From a virus: a stretch of 59,525 nucleotides of DNA. Within the stretch, counting starts at the first letter, position 1; every line of letters starts with the position of its first letter. The notes beneath the pieces are model-generated. The model did not search any database. It saw nothing but the letters and a program-made list of their open reading frames with translations, and was not told where the DNA came from. The stretch lies in the IMG/VR virus record IMGVR_UViG_3300045988_114220. The stretch is one strand, 5' to 3'. Below, one piece after another: positions 18,243 through 28,126 of this stretch. Made by a program: the position numbers and the translations under genes.

Positions 18243-19046
18243 ATGGGACGACCGAAAAAACAGACCGTCGATTATTTTCCTCACTTTGTTACAGGCTCTC
18301 GACGCACTATATCAATCCTTGAAGCAAGGTGGAAGAATGACGGGTATGCGTTTTGGTTTAAGCTGCTCGAATTACTCTGTATAACAGACGGACACGCTTT
18401 CAATCTGTCAACAGTAGCCAATCAAGAGTATTTATACTCATACACCAAAACAGACCCGGAAACGGCCGACAGCATTATAGAAATGCTTGTTGACCTCGAA
18501 AATATCGACAAGGAACTATGGGAGCAACACAAAATTATTTGGTGTCAATCGCTCGTGGATAATCTCAAACTCGTTTACGACAAACGAACGACACCAATGC
18601 CGAAAAAGCCGTTTTCCGTGGAGAATATACCCGAAAACCCGCCGAAAACGGACGAAAAACCTCAATCAGAGGACAATTCGGAGCGACAAAAGCCGAAACG
18701 AGGAAAGTCCGCCCCGAAAAAACCGCAGAAATCAAAACCCGACGAGCCGGAGAAAATCAAATATGCCGAATTCGTCCGTATGACCGAGGAGGAACACCGA
18801 AAACTCGTAGAGCAGTACGGAGAAAATGCGGCGGCAAGAATGATAACCGTCCTCGACAACTACAAAGGACAGAGCGGGAAGACCTACAAGAGCGATTACC
18901 GCGCAATCCTTAATTGGGTAGTGGAACGGGTGCAGGAAGAATTCAAGAAGAACGGAGGCGGAGGCTATGGCAGAAATGAAGTCCCTGCGGGACATAATGG
19001 GCCAAACCCCGGAGGCTTCAAGCCGTCGGGAGGCTTCAAAAAGTGA
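18243..19046 (+). CDS. Replication initiation/organiser protein (DUF4373/Lin1244-like N-terminal domain)
   Basis: Begins MGRPKKQTVDYFPHF.... The C-terminus is basic and low-complexity. Confidence 0.55.
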   Translation: MGRPKKQTVDYFPHFVTGSRRTISILEARWKNDGYAFWFKLLELLCITDGHAFNLSTVANQEYLYSYTKTDPETADSIIEMLVDLENIDKELWEQHKIIWCQSLVDNLKLVYDKRTTPMPKKPFSVENIPENPPKTDEKPQSEDNSERQKPKRGKSAPKKPQKSKPDEPEKIKYAEFVRMTEEEHRKLVEQYGENAAARMITVLDNYKGQSGKTYKSDYRAILNWVVERVQEEFKKNGGGGYGRNEVPAGHNGPNPGGFKPSGGFKK

Positions 19047-19926
19047 GAAAAACGAGCCGCTCTATTTGACGCCGGAGGAAGCGAAAGCAAAGGGGTACAG
19101 ATTTAAGTCACCTCCACCGCCTCCCGACAAGTGCCAATTCTGCGGCAAGGAAAATCCCCGTTCGGGAATTCCTTTTGGCGGCGAAATTCTTTTTTGGCAA
19201 CCGTTTCCGTCCCGTTGCGACTGCCCGGAGGCTGTTGAGTATTGGAAAAAGTACGACGCAGAACAGGCGGCAAAAAAGGAAGCGGAGCGCATTGCAGAGG
19301 AGCAAAAACGAAAGCGCGAGCGCATAGAACGGTTGCTCGGAAAGAGTGGTATCAAAAAGCGTTTTCAGCGCAGGACTTTCGATAACTTCAAGGCAGATAC
19401 GCCGGAGCGCCAAAAGTGCTACAAAATCGCAAAACGGTACGCCGACACATTCAAGCAGAGGTATGAAAACGGCGACGGGCTTTATATCGAGGGTACGAAC
19501 GGGACCGGCAAAACACACCTCGCCGCCGCAATCGCCTTGCAACTTATTAACGAGGGCGTCCCGGTAATTTGCAAAACCTCAACGGATATGCTCCTCGATA
19601 TAAAAAAGACATTTGAACGAGGCGACATAAGTGAGAGCGCTGTACTTGGAATTTACAAGTCGGCGGATTTGCTTATTATAGACGACCTCGGAAAGGAACA
19701 ATGCTCCGATTGGAGTATGTCAATCCTCTACTCTATCCTAAACGACAGGTACGAGGATATGAAACCGACCATTATCACTACAAATTACAGCGCGGAGGAC
19801 CTTATACGGGCGCTCACGCCCAAAGGCTACGACGACACCAAAATCGTCGCAATCATAAGCCGATTGAGGGAAACCTCGACGGTCATAACAATGGCGTGGG
19901 AAGACTACCGCACCGCGCAAGAATAG
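18967..19926 (+). CDS. DnaC/IstB-like AAA+ helicase loader
   Basis: Walker A GTNGTGKTHLAAAIA and Walker B LLIIDDLG. N-terminal zinc-binding CQFCGK...CDC. Confidence 0.8.
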   Translation: MAEMKSLRDIMGQTPEASSRREASKSEKNEPLYLTPEEAKAKGYRFKSPPPPPDKCQFCGKENPRSGIPFGGEILFWQPFPSRCDCPEAVEYWKKYDAEQAAKKEAERIAEEQKRKRERIERLLGKSGIKKRFQRRTFDNFKADTPERQKCYKIAKRYADTFKQRYENGDGLYIEGTNGTGKTHLAAAIALQLINEGVPVICKTSTDMLLDIKKTFERGDISESAVLGIYKSADLLIIDDLGKEQCSDWSMSILYSILNDRYEDMKPTIITTNYSAEDLIRALTPKGYDDTKIVAIISRLRETSTVITMAWEDYRTAQE

Positions 19927-19935
19927 GAGGACACT

Positions 19936-20721
19936 ATGGCAAACATAAAAACGCTGAACGAGGATTTAATACATAGAGCAAACTCGGTCAGTTTCGGAGG
20001 AAAACGCGGAGATTTGTCGAGAAGCGAATACACGGGATATGCCGAAAAAATTTTGGGGTGGCCTATCTCGGACGAGAAGAAACAAAAGCTGCTCGACAAA
20101 CTCTACGACAAGTGGACGGAAATATTGAGGCAGGAAGCACAGCATATCAGCGTAATGGTTGCGGGACCTGCAAAGTACAACTCACGCAAACTCGACCACA
20201 GCGACCAAATATTGAGGCTTTCGTCAGAATTCGTGGAGTGGTTTAAGGATTTGGAGGCGCAGGTCGAACAGGGACAGCGGAAGAACGACAAGGCGGAACA
20301 TCTTATCCGTATGGTGGAGTTTTGCAAAAAACCGGACAACCCGTGCGACCCGACCTCCCACCTCGCCGAACTCGCAATATACGACCAAAAGGCGTTTATC
20401 AAATATTACGAGGAACTCTACCCGACATACAAGTGGAGAAAAAACAGCAATATCGTCAAACTCTACAACTATGCAAAAGAGGGCAAACTCGTAGAGGTGA
20501 AAAAAGAGGTGTTTTTCGAGGACGAAAACCTCACGGCGTTTAAGGAGGGCGACCGCATTTATATCAAATTCCTTATGCGTCCGAAACGGCAGCTTATAGT
20601 TGCGCTCAAAAGCCGCGGATATTGGTGGAACAGCGGCAAGAGTGCTTGGAGTACCTACCCGGACAGGCTTGACAAAGAATGGGTAGAGTCTATCAGCAGT
20701 AGATACGGACAGTATCTTTGA
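19936..20721 (+). CDS. Hypothetical protein
   Basis: RBS AGGAGGACACTATG. Confidence 0.5.
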   Translation: MANIKTLNEDLIHRANSVSFGGKRGDLSRSEYTGYAEKILGWPISDEKKQKLLDKLYDKWTEILRQEAQHISVMVAGPAKYNSRKLDHSDQILRLSSEFVEWFKDLEAQVEQGQRKNDKAEHLIRMVEFCKKPDNPCDPTSHLAELAIYDQKAFIKYYEELYPTYKWRKNSNIVKLYNYAKEGKLVEVKKEVFFEDENLTAFKEGDRIYIKFLMRPKRQLIVALKSRGYWWNSGKSAWSTYPDRLDKEWVESISSRYGQYL

Positions 20722-20731
20722 GGAGGGCGCT

Positions 20732-21178
20732 ATGATAGAGATTTTTGAAAAAGAACGCTATTACGACGACAGCCCATTCACAGGACAATGCTATATGTAC
20801 CCGACATATATGCGGAAAGACGGCAAAGAGGTGTTTATGTTCAACCGCAGAGAGCCGGACGACGCTTGGAAACTGCGTGAGAACGAGGAACGCAAAGCAT
20901 TTCTCATTGCAAACGACGGCAAGTATTTCAAATTCTGCGGCTTTTATGACGACCCATTTGAAATGCTCAAAGAAATGGTGCGTCGCAAACACACATTCAC
21001 GGAGTCAGAAGAAAACAACTATCGGTGTTCCTTTGAGAAAAACGGCTTTATCGACTTTCACAGCAACCGCCGGGAGGTGTCGGCCGCATTCCACTATCGC
21101 ATTTATGACCCCGAAATGACACAGAAAATCAAAGAGGCCGTCCACCGTATTCACAAAAAGGAGTGGGACGCAGTATGA
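20732..21178 (+). CDS. Hypothetical protein
   Basis: RBS GGAGGGCGCTATG. Confidence 0.5.
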   Translation: MIEIFEKERYYDDSPFTGQCYMYPTYMRKDGKEVFMFNRREPDDAWKLRENEERKAFLIANDGKYFKFCGFYDDPFEMLKEMVRRKHTFTESEENNYRCSFEKNGFIDFHSNRREVSAAFHYRIYDPEMTQKIKEAVHRIHKKEWDAV

Positions 21179-21564
21179 GCAAGAAACAGAGCCGCAAGGC
21201 AAATCTAAATCCGAAAATCAGAGAAATCGCAGAAAGCCTCGAATGGACCGTCAGAGAATATGACGACGGCACGGTAGAGTTTGAAAAATACTCGCCCGCC
21301 GGAGAGGATTTCATTTTCACAGTAAACGCAGAGAACGCCGAAACCGAAATCTACGATTACTACGATAGTTTTGACGTAGACGACCATATCGAAATGTGGG
21401 TCAAGGCAAAAGAAAATGGCGTTGCAGGAGTCCCGTCTATTCGCAGGATTGTAGAGGACGCGGAGGCAATATCCGAAATGCTGAAAGAATTAGCGGGAGC
21501 GGTTGACACAAGGACAACAATCGGAGAGCAGCTTGCCGCAGTAAAGGAGAATAACAATGATTAA
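21175..21564 (+). CDS. Hypothetical protein
   Basis: ATGA overlap. Confidence 0.45.
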   Translation: MSKKQSRKANLNPKIREIAESLEWTVREYDDGTVEFEKYSPAGEDFIFTVNAENAETEIYDYYDSFDVDDHIEMWVKAKENGVAGVPSIRRIVEDAEAISEMLKELAGAVDTRTTIGEQLAAVKENNND

Positions 21565-21871
21565 GAATTTATCACAGTTAAAAAAGGAACTCGTACCCGG
21601 CGCAAAATTCGAGATTTTGGAGCATACCAGGTCTGAATGTGTCGGGCAGACGAGAGAAATCAATATTGCGAATACGCAGGGCTTTTACAGCATTATCCCC
21701 GGAGAGCCGGGACACCGCATTTCCCTTGCAAATTGCGGAAAAGGCTCGTGGCTTGCGTGGAGCAAAGCACCGTATTGGAGTTTCGAGGGCGATACTGCTA
21801 CGCTTTACGGTGACGAAGCGCACACCGAGGAACACCTCATAATGAAAATCAGAGTCGGAGGTGCGGTATGA
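21557..21871 (+). CDS. Hypothetical protein
   Basis: Coupled start. Confidence 0.45.
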   Translation: MIKNLSQLKKELVPGAKFEILEHTRSECVGQTREINIANTQGFYSIIPGEPGHRISLANCGKGSWLAWSKAPYWSFEGDTATLYGDEAHTEEHLIMKIRVGGAV

Positions 21872-22440
21872 ATTGCAGATACTTAAAAGGCTCGGAGCAT
21901 AGCCCCGAAAGCGTCGAATTTGATACAGAAAACACGACTTGCGTTGTGAATGTCGATTTACTGTTATGCGGAATAAAAAAATTCCCTTGCGGCGACGGAA
22001 GCGACAAAAACCTCTCTACCAAAGAGCGCTACGACATTCTGAATTTTGTTGAGCGGGAACGAGGGGAAATTATCCATAAAGCAGGTCCGAAGTCAATGGC
22101 GAGTTGGGAGAACAGTGGACTCGGCTCGTTTGACGATTATTTTGTTCCCGGAGATATTGTAACGGAAGATGTTTACGATAACTTTCTGAATATCCTGCCG
22201 CCTGCGACAATGTGGAAAAACCTACTACAAGTCGGAGGGTCGGTCGCATACGAAAAAGACCCGGAAACAGGAAAGTACAGAGCCACATACACGACTTTCG
22301 CAAAGGCTGACGGTCAATGGTGGTATGTCGGAGAGTGCTTTATCAGAGAAACAACAAACAGACGAACTCGACCCAACAAACTCTCATTGAGGATTTCAGA
22401 GGTCGAAAAAGAATTAAAAGCGGAGGCAGAAAAGAAATGA
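21868..22440 (+). CDS. Hypothetical protein
   Basis: ATGA overlap. Confidence 0.5.
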   Translation: MNCRYLKGSEHSPESVEFDTENTTCVVNVDLLLCGIKKFPCGDGSDKNLSTKERYDILNFVERERGEIIHKAGPKSMASWENSGLGSFDDYFVPGDIVTEDVYDNFLNILPPATMWKNLLQVGGSVAYEKDPETGKYRATYTTFAKADGQWWYVGECFIRETTNRRTRPNKLSLRISEVEKELKAEAEKK

Positions 22441-23780
22441 GAAAATACACCGTAAATGACTTCTTCTGCGGTGCAGGGGGGGTGGCGCTCGGATTTATTA
22501 AAGCCGGATTTGATGTGATTTGGGCGTGCGATTTTGACAAGCATTGCGTAAAGACCTACGCCCACAATGTAGGCGATTGGGTGCGAGAGGCTGATGTAAC
22601 AAAGATTACATACAAGGATATTCCGAAAGCGGACGGTTGGACTTTCGGTTTTCCGTGCCAAGACCTCTCCGTAGCCGGGAAGCAAGCCGGATTTCAATTC
22701 CGTTGCCTCGACTGCGGAACAGAATGGAAACACGAACACGAGGGGCTTTCCCCTATCTGCCCCAAATGCGGAGCAACGAACTATACGGCAATCACCCGAA
22801 GCGCTTGCTTTTTTGAGATTATGCGCCTACTCGACGAAACAGAGCGAAACGCCCCGGAGAATTACCCCTCGTTTCTACTCGCCGAAAATGTAAAGGGGCT
22901 GAAACCGTATATCCCCGTTTTGACAGAGCAGCTCGAACAGAGAGGTTTTGACGTGCATATTCAACTTTACAATTCAAAGTATTGGAATGTGCCGCAGAAC
23001 AGAGAGCGCTATTTTATCGTTGCCACGCCGAAAGGAAAAGGAAATTTCAAATTCCCGGAGGAACAACACGAATATGTGCCGAAACTCTCCTCCGCCCTCG
23101 ATAAAGAGGTGGACGAGAAATACTATATCCCCGACGAAAAGGCGCAGACGATTATCCTACAAGCGTTGCAGAAAATCGAAAATCTCGGCAATGCTCACCC
23201 GTGCATTACGCCGGACCGTCTGAGCAAGAGGCAGAACGGGCCAAGAGCAAAAGGCGACGAGGCGGAAATGTTCACGCTCACCGCGCAGGACATTCACGGA
23301 ATTATAATTCAAGAGCGCAAGGGCGTGAGCCGGGACGCAATGAAATACATTTCGGACAAGCTGCTCGAATTTGTCGAAAAGAAAGGATATATCCCAAAGT
23401 TTTTCAATCCGTATAACTGCTCGGATTGCGGAGAACTCGCACCGACGGCAACAACCGCTTGCGGCGGACTCACAACCTCGGCGACGGTACTCGTGTTCAC
23501 GGACAAGAACAGCGGAGAGCCTGTCATTATTCAGTTACCGAGAGGCAAAAACGGAGGCAACATTCACGACGTCGCTCCGACCTTAACCGCCAACGCGTAT
23601 GAGCAGAACAACTATGTTTGTGAAAATATCGAGGCGGTCGAGAGCAAAATCTGCAACGAGAGCGGATTGCTTGACCCGGAGGGGCAAGGAAAAACGCTCC
23701 GCGTTGGCGGGGGGGGGTCGCTGACAAAGAAGCACAATTATCAGCACATTTTAGTGAAACAGTCCGAGGCGGAGTCTTGA
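22437..23780 (+). CDS. DNA cytosine-5 methyltransferase, N-terminal portion (motifs I-VIII plus several TRD-like TL repeats); reading frame terminates after a G9 tract
   Basis: Motif I FFCGAGGVALGF, motif IV GFPCQDLSVAGK, ENV (motif VI) and QNRERYF (motif VIII). TRD-like segments MFTLTAQDIHG and VAPTLTANAY. A Cys4 ribbon is inserted after motif IV. Confidence 0.85.
   Translation: MRKYTVNDFFCGAGGVALGFIKAGFDVIWACDFDKHCVKTYAHNVGDWVREADVTKITYKDIPKADGWTFGFPCQDLSVAGKQAGFQFRCLDCGTEWKHEHEGLSPICPKCGATNYTAITRSACFFEIMRLLDETERNAPENYPSFLLAENVKGLKPYIPVLTEQLEQRGFDVHIQLYNSKYWNVPQNRERYFIVATPKGKGNFKFPEEQHEYVPKLSSALDKEVDEKYYIPDEKAQTIILQALQKIENLGNAHPCITPDRLSKRQNGPRAKGDEAEMFTLTAQDIHGIIIQERKGVSRDAMKYISDKLLEFVEKKGYIPKFFNPYNCSDCGELAPTATTACGGLTTSATVLVFTDKNSGEPVIIQLPRGKNGGNIHDVAPTLTANAYEQNNYVCENIEAVESKICNESGLLDPEGQGKTLRVGGGGSLTKKHNYQHILVKQSEAES
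23709..23717 (+). repeat. G9 homopolymer inside the MTase gene (frameshift hotspot)
   Basis: ggcgggggggggtcg. The +1 frame downstream (23718..23896) is open and encodes ...GIFVGVSPTLIATDYKGPHLVIED. Confidence 0.9.
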
Positions 23781-23888
23781 AAAAGCAACGTAACGGAAAA
23801 GGCATATTTGTAGGCGTTTCCCCAACGCTTATAGCAACGGACTACAAAGGTCCACATCTCGTAATTGAAGACAAGGAGGACGGCAAAA

Positions 23889-24548
23889 ATGAGTAAAGAA
23901 TATCTCGAATGCGTCGTAAATGACAGAGGCTTTGTAAGCAAGCCCGCGCAGATAACACCAATCGCACCAACGCTCCGAGCGCAGGATCACGGAAATCAGC
24001 CGAAAGTCGTTGAGGTGAAAAGCGAAGCAACGCCCGGAATTGAAGTAATCGGAATGCTTGAAAACAGCGGAACAACACAGCAGCACAATAACCGGGTACA
24101 CAGCGTAGACGGAATATCGCCGACGCTCACGGCCGTTTCGGGCGGCACACATCACATTAAAATCTTTGATATTTCTCGGTTTAGAGTCCGCAAACTCACG
24201 CCGACGGAATACGGTCGCTTGCAGGCTTTCCCTGTTGACGACGGTTGGGAACAGGTCGTTTCCGACAGCCAAGCCTACCACCAATTCGGCAACGCCGTTA
24301 CGGTGTCGGTAGTCGAGGCAATCGGACAGGCAATCGGGAGTTATCTTGACAGCATTTTCGGAGTTGAGGCGGAGGCAGTCGAAGTCACCGACTTGTCCGA
24401 CGCACCGCAGGAAATCAAAGAACAGATTATATCCAATGCCGAGGCGCTCGAAGCAAAGGAAGAAAAGGCACATACAAGCGGGCTTGAATTCTTCTCAAAT
24501 GAGGAACTGCTCGCAGAACTCAACCGCCGAATGACGGTACACGCATAA
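23889..24548 (+). CDS. DNA cytosine-5 methyltransferase, C-terminal portion (TRD-like segments plus motifs IX-X)
   Basis: RBS AAGGAGG then ATG at 23889. Contains IAPTLRAQDHG and ISPTLTAVSGG. Motif X is RKLTPTEYGRLQAFPVDDGWE...QFGNAVTVSVVEAI. Confidence 0.75.
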   Translation: MSKEYLECVVNDRGFVSKPAQITPIAPTLRAQDHGNQPKVVEVKSEATPGIEVIGMLENSGTTQQHNNRVHSVDGISPTLTAVSGGTHHIKIFDISRFRVRKLTPTEYGRLQAFPVDDGWEQVVSDSQAYHQFGNAVTVSVVEAIGQAIGSYLDSIFGVEAEAVEVTDLSDAPQEIKEQIISNAEALEAKEEKAHTSGLEFFSNEELLAELNRRMTVHA

Positions 24549-24561
24549 GGAGGACAAAGAA

Positions 24562-25623
24562 ATGAAACTATTTAGCACAGAACAGGTATCAAAGTATCAC
24601 CCTGACAAATACGCAGACCAAATCAGCGACGCTATCCTCACCGCTTGTTTGAGAGATGACAAAAACAGCCGTGTAGCCTGCGAGTGTATGGTAAAGGGAC
24701 GGACTGTTATTCTCGCCGGAGAAATCACCACTACGGCAAAGGTAGACTATGCGGAAATCGCAAAGAGAGTCGGAAAGAAACTCGGATATGAGGTTGACAC
24801 CGTAATTCAGCAGATTTGCACACAGTCACCCGAAATCGCCGGAGGCGTAAAGAGCGGCGACGAACTTTGTGCCGGGGACCAAGGCATTATGTTTGGATAT
24901 GCCTGTGACGACACAGAAAGCGGCCTGCCCTACGCTTTTGATATGGCGAATAGAATTATCCGTCTATTGGAAAAAGACACGACAGCGCCGAATTCAGCAC
25001 TCAAAGGGGACGCGAAATGCCAAGTAACCGTAGACACCGAGAAACCCAAAGACGACCGCAGCCTCGTAGAAATCCTCGTCAGCGTATGCCACAAAGAACA
25101 GTATAAGCTAAAAGACATCAGAGAGTATGTGCGAAACCTTATCAAATACAGCGGAATTGACATTGGAGAAGCAACACTCAATATCAACCCGGCAGGCGTA
25201 TGGACTTTCGGAGGACCGGCGGCAGATTGCGGACTCACGGGCAGAAAAATCGTATGCGACCAATACGGCGGATTTTGCGCTGTTGGCGGCGGAGCGTTCA
25301 GCGGAAAAGACCCGTCAAAGGTTGACCGCTCGGCGGCATATATGGCGAATTATATCGCCCGCGACCTCGTAAAAAATCACGGACTGAAATCCTGCGAGGT
25401 ACAGATTGCCTACGCCATCGGAGAAAGCGCGCCTATGAGCGTTTCGGTAAAATCCTCGTCCCCGGTCGAAGACGCATATTTCGCAAAACTTGTAGAGGAA
25501 AAATACGACCTCACACCGGCCGGCATTATCAAATACCTCGACCTCCTCAATGTGGACTACGAGAAACTCGCCGAGGGCTGTCATTACAGAATGGAGCTGC
25601 CGAAAAGAGGAACAAACAAATGA
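24562..25623 (+). CDS. metK: S-adenosylmethionine synthetase
   Basis: HPDKYADQISDAIL, GDQGIMFGYA and GGGAFSGKDPSKVDRSAAY are hallmark MetK motifs. RBS AAGGAGG. Confidence 0.9.
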   Translation: MKLFSTEQVSKYHPDKYADQISDAILTACLRDDKNSRVACECMVKGRTVILAGEITTTAKVDYAEIAKRVGKKLGYEVDTVIQQICTQSPEIAGGVKSGDELCAGDQGIMFGYACDDTESGLPYAFDMANRIIRLLEKDTTAPNSALKGDAKCQVTVDTEKPKDDRSLVEILVSVCHKEQYKLKDIREYVRNLIKYSGIDIGEATLNINPAGVWTFGGPAADCGLTGRKIVCDQYGGFCAVGGGAFSGKDPSKVDRSAAYMANYIARDLVKNHGLKSCEVQIAYAIGESAPMSVSVKSSSPVEDAYFAKLVEEKYDLTPAGIIKYLDLLNVDYEKLAEGCHYRMELPKRGTNK

Positions 25624-26582
25624 GGGAAAACAAATACACGGTTGCCGATTTAACGGCTATGCAAGCGTGGCCCCTTTCTCGGAAAATTCAAGTAACACAA
25701 ACGCGCATTATTGAGTGGTACATAAAAAACGAGGGGCGGGTCTATGTGTCATTCAGCGGAGGCAAGGACAGCACGGTTTTGCTCGACCTTGTAAGACGAA
25801 TATATCCAGAAGTCCCTGGCGTGTTTTTAGATACTGGGCTTGAATATCCCGAAATTCGAGATTTTGTCAAAACAAAGGAGAATATTGTTTGGTTAAAGCC
25901 CGAAATGAATTTCCGAAAAGTCATAGAAACATACGGCTACCCACTTGCAAGCAAAGAAATTTCTAAACAAATAAGCGCAGCCCGGCGAGGTGCGAAAAAT
26001 GCAATCCTCGCTTTTGACGGCAAAGATGTCGCAGGAAACGAAACCGAGCACAGGAAGCGATATAAAAAATGGAAATTTCTATACGAAAGCAATATTCCAA
26101 TTTCGGAAAAATGCTGTGAAGTTATGAAAAAGAAGCCTGCAAAGAAATATGAGAAAGAAACCGGGAGAAAGCCAATTATTGCGACTATGGCGGAAGAAAG
26201 CACTTTAAGAGCGCAGGCGTGGTTGAAGAACGGTTGCAACGCATTCGACGGAAAACGCCCCACATCACAACCTATGTCGTTTTGGACCGAGCAAGATGTT
26301 CTAACATACCTCAAAGAATACCATATACCGTATGCGCCTGTATATGGAGAAATCGAGGAAATAAACGGAGCATTAAAGACTACGCTATGCGATAGAACAG
26401 GGTGCGTATTTTGCGGTTTTGGTTGCCATTTAGAAAAAGAGCCGAACAGATTTCAACGGTTAAAAATAACTCACCCGAAGTTGTGGGAGTATTGTATGAA
26501 GCCGTGGGAAGCCGGAGGGCTTGGAATGAAAACACCGCTTGAATTCATAGGGGTAAAGACAGAAACGGAGGAAGAATTATGA
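25620..26582 (+). CDS. PAPS-reductase-like ATP pyrophosphatase (PP-loop) with C-terminal Cys cluster (IbrA/DndC-like)
   Basis: PP-loop VSFSGGKDSTV. C-terminal CDRTGCVFCGFGC. Confidence 0.8.
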   Translation: MRENKYTVADLTAMQAWPLSRKIQVTQTRIIEWYIKNEGRVYVSFSGGKDSTVLLDLVRRIYPEVPGVFLDTGLEYPEIRDFVKTKENIVWLKPEMNFRKVIETYGYPLASKEISKQISAARRGAKNAILAFDGKDVAGNETEHRKRYKKWKFLYESNIPISEKCCEVMKKKPAKKYEKETGRKPIIATMAEESTLRAQAWLKNGCNAFDGKRPTSQPMSFWTEQDVLTYLKEYHIPYAPVYGEIEEINGALKTTLCDRTGCVFCGFGCHLEKEPNRFQRLKITHPKLWEYCMKPWEAGGLGMKTPLEFIGVKTETEEEL

Positions 26583-27283
26583 AGCCGATATACGAGCCGA
26601 AAGGCAAAGCAAAAGAATACGGCGACTATGCGCTGAATATCTACACAGGCTGTCCGCACCGCTGTTTTTACTGTTTCGCCCCGAATGTTTTGCATAAGGA
26701 CCGTGAGATATTTTACTCAAACATAGAGCCGAGGACAGATATAGTCAAGGCGACAAAGCGGCAGCTTGAAAACGAAATGATAACCGGGAAACTCATTCAT
26801 CTCTGTTTCACTTGCGACCCGTACCCGACAGGCTACGACACTACACCTACACGAGAAATAATCAGAGCCATTAAGGAACACGGGAACAATGTTCAAATAC
26901 TCACCAAAGGCGACGGGAGCAGGGATTTTGATTTGCTCGGCCCGGAGGATTGGTACGGCATAACCCTCGACGGAGCGACAACTCGAACAGGACATTTTGA
27001 TAACGCACCCCTTTTCAGATACACCAATCTCATAAAGGCACACGAAAAAGGCATAAGGACTTGGGTATCATTCGAGCCTGTGCTGAACGCCGAAAATGTA
27101 CTCGGAATGATAAAGGACATAGCACCACACACAGATAAGGTAAAAATCGGGAAACTGAACTACCACAAGTCAGATATAAATTGGGCGGAATTCGGGAGAA
27201 AAGCCGAGGAACTCTGTCAAAAACTTGGACTTGACTGTTATATCAAAGAAAGCCTACGAGCAGAAATGGAGGCAAAGAAATGA
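26579..27283 (+). CDS. SPL-type (DNA photolyase-like) radical SAM protein, copy A
   Basis: TGCPHRCFYCFA is a CxxxCxxC motif in the SplB-like GCxHxCxYCFA context. Confidence 0.6.
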   Translation: MKPIYEPKGKAKEYGDYALNIYTGCPHRCFYCFAPNVLHKDREIFYSNIEPRTDIVKATKRQLENEMITGKLIHLCFTCDPYPTGYDTTPTREIIRAIKEHGNNVQILTKGDGSRDFDLLGPEDWYGITLDGATTRTGHFDNAPLFRYTNLIKAHEKGIRTWVSFEPVLNAENVLGMIKDIAPHTDKVKIGKLNYHKSDINWAEFGRKAEELCQKLGLDCYIKESLRAEMEAKK

Positions 27284-27702
27284 AAACCCCGGAAGAAATA
27301 AAGCATTTACCAAATCTCCTTATAGCACAGACGAGCGAAGACGGAGGGTGTGGCGTACTGTTTAGGCTCGGAAAGAGGTTTGCCTCTGTTATTTGGAGTG
27401 ACGGAGGCGGTTGGGAACACGTCAGTATATGCCCGTTCAAACGCTCCTATATGCCCTCTTGGGACGATATGTGCCAACTCAAAGATATGTTCTTCAAAGA
27501 GAACGAAACCGTCGTGCAGTATCACCCGGCAAAGAGCGAGTATGTAAACAATATGGCAAACTGCCTACATTTGTGGCGACCGACGAATGGCGTACTTCCA
27601 ACACCGCCCTCTATTATGGTGGGAACGAAAAAGGGCCAAAGCAGAGCAGAAATCGAAGCAGCAATTAAGGAGGTTTGCGAAAATGAGCAGATACACAGAT
27701 AG
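27280..27702 (+). CDS. Hypothetical protein
   Basis: ATGA overlap. Contains the conserved-looking stretch WEHVSICP...SWDDM. Confidence 0.5.
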   Translation: MKTPEEIKHLPNLLIAQTSEDGGCGVLFRLGKRFASVIWSDGGGWEHVSICPFKRSYMPSWDDMCQLKDMFFKENETVVQYHPAKSEYVNNMANCLHLWRPTNGVLPTPPSIMVGTKKGQSRAEIEAAIKEVCENEQIHR

Positions 27703-28126
27703 CATTCAGAAACTTGTTGACCTTGCGAAAGAACACCCGGACCTGCCTATCGTTGCAATGGTAGACGGAGAAATAGTCGGTGGTGACGACTATGGGCGTT
27801 GGTTGGGGAGCGTCGGAAACGTGGAACTCGGCGAATATGTACTGTTTGACGACCGTTTTATCGACGACCGCGAGGAATTCAAAGAAAGGTATTATGACTA
27901 CAACGACGACGAACTCTGCGAGAAATTCGGATATGAGCCGGGTATCAATGAATACACCCTCAAAAACGGGCATTGTACGAGGAAGCGGTACGAGGAAAAC
28001 AAGGAAAACGAAAAACGCCTCGAAGCATACCTCGACGAAGTGGCGGAGCGAGCGTTCAAAGCGGCGATTATCGTCAACATTGACCTCCCGGACGACGTCG
28101 AAACATTTGAGGAGGGCGTCAAGTAA
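27683..28126 (+). CDS. Hypothetical acidic protein
   Basis: RBS AAGGAGG and ATG at 27683. Confidence 0.45.
   Translation: MSRYTDSIQKLVDLAKEHPDLPIVAMVDGEIVGGDDYGRWLGSVGNVELGEYVLFDDRFIDDREEFKERYYDYNDDELCEKFGYEPGINEYTLKNGHCTRKRYEENKENEKRLEAYLDEVAERAFKAAIIVNIDLPDDVETFEEGVK

Noticed and set aside
18487-18783. Alternative-frame ORF inside the replication initiator gene
   Set aside because: It is embedded in a low-complexity basic region of 18243..19046 and has no RBS.
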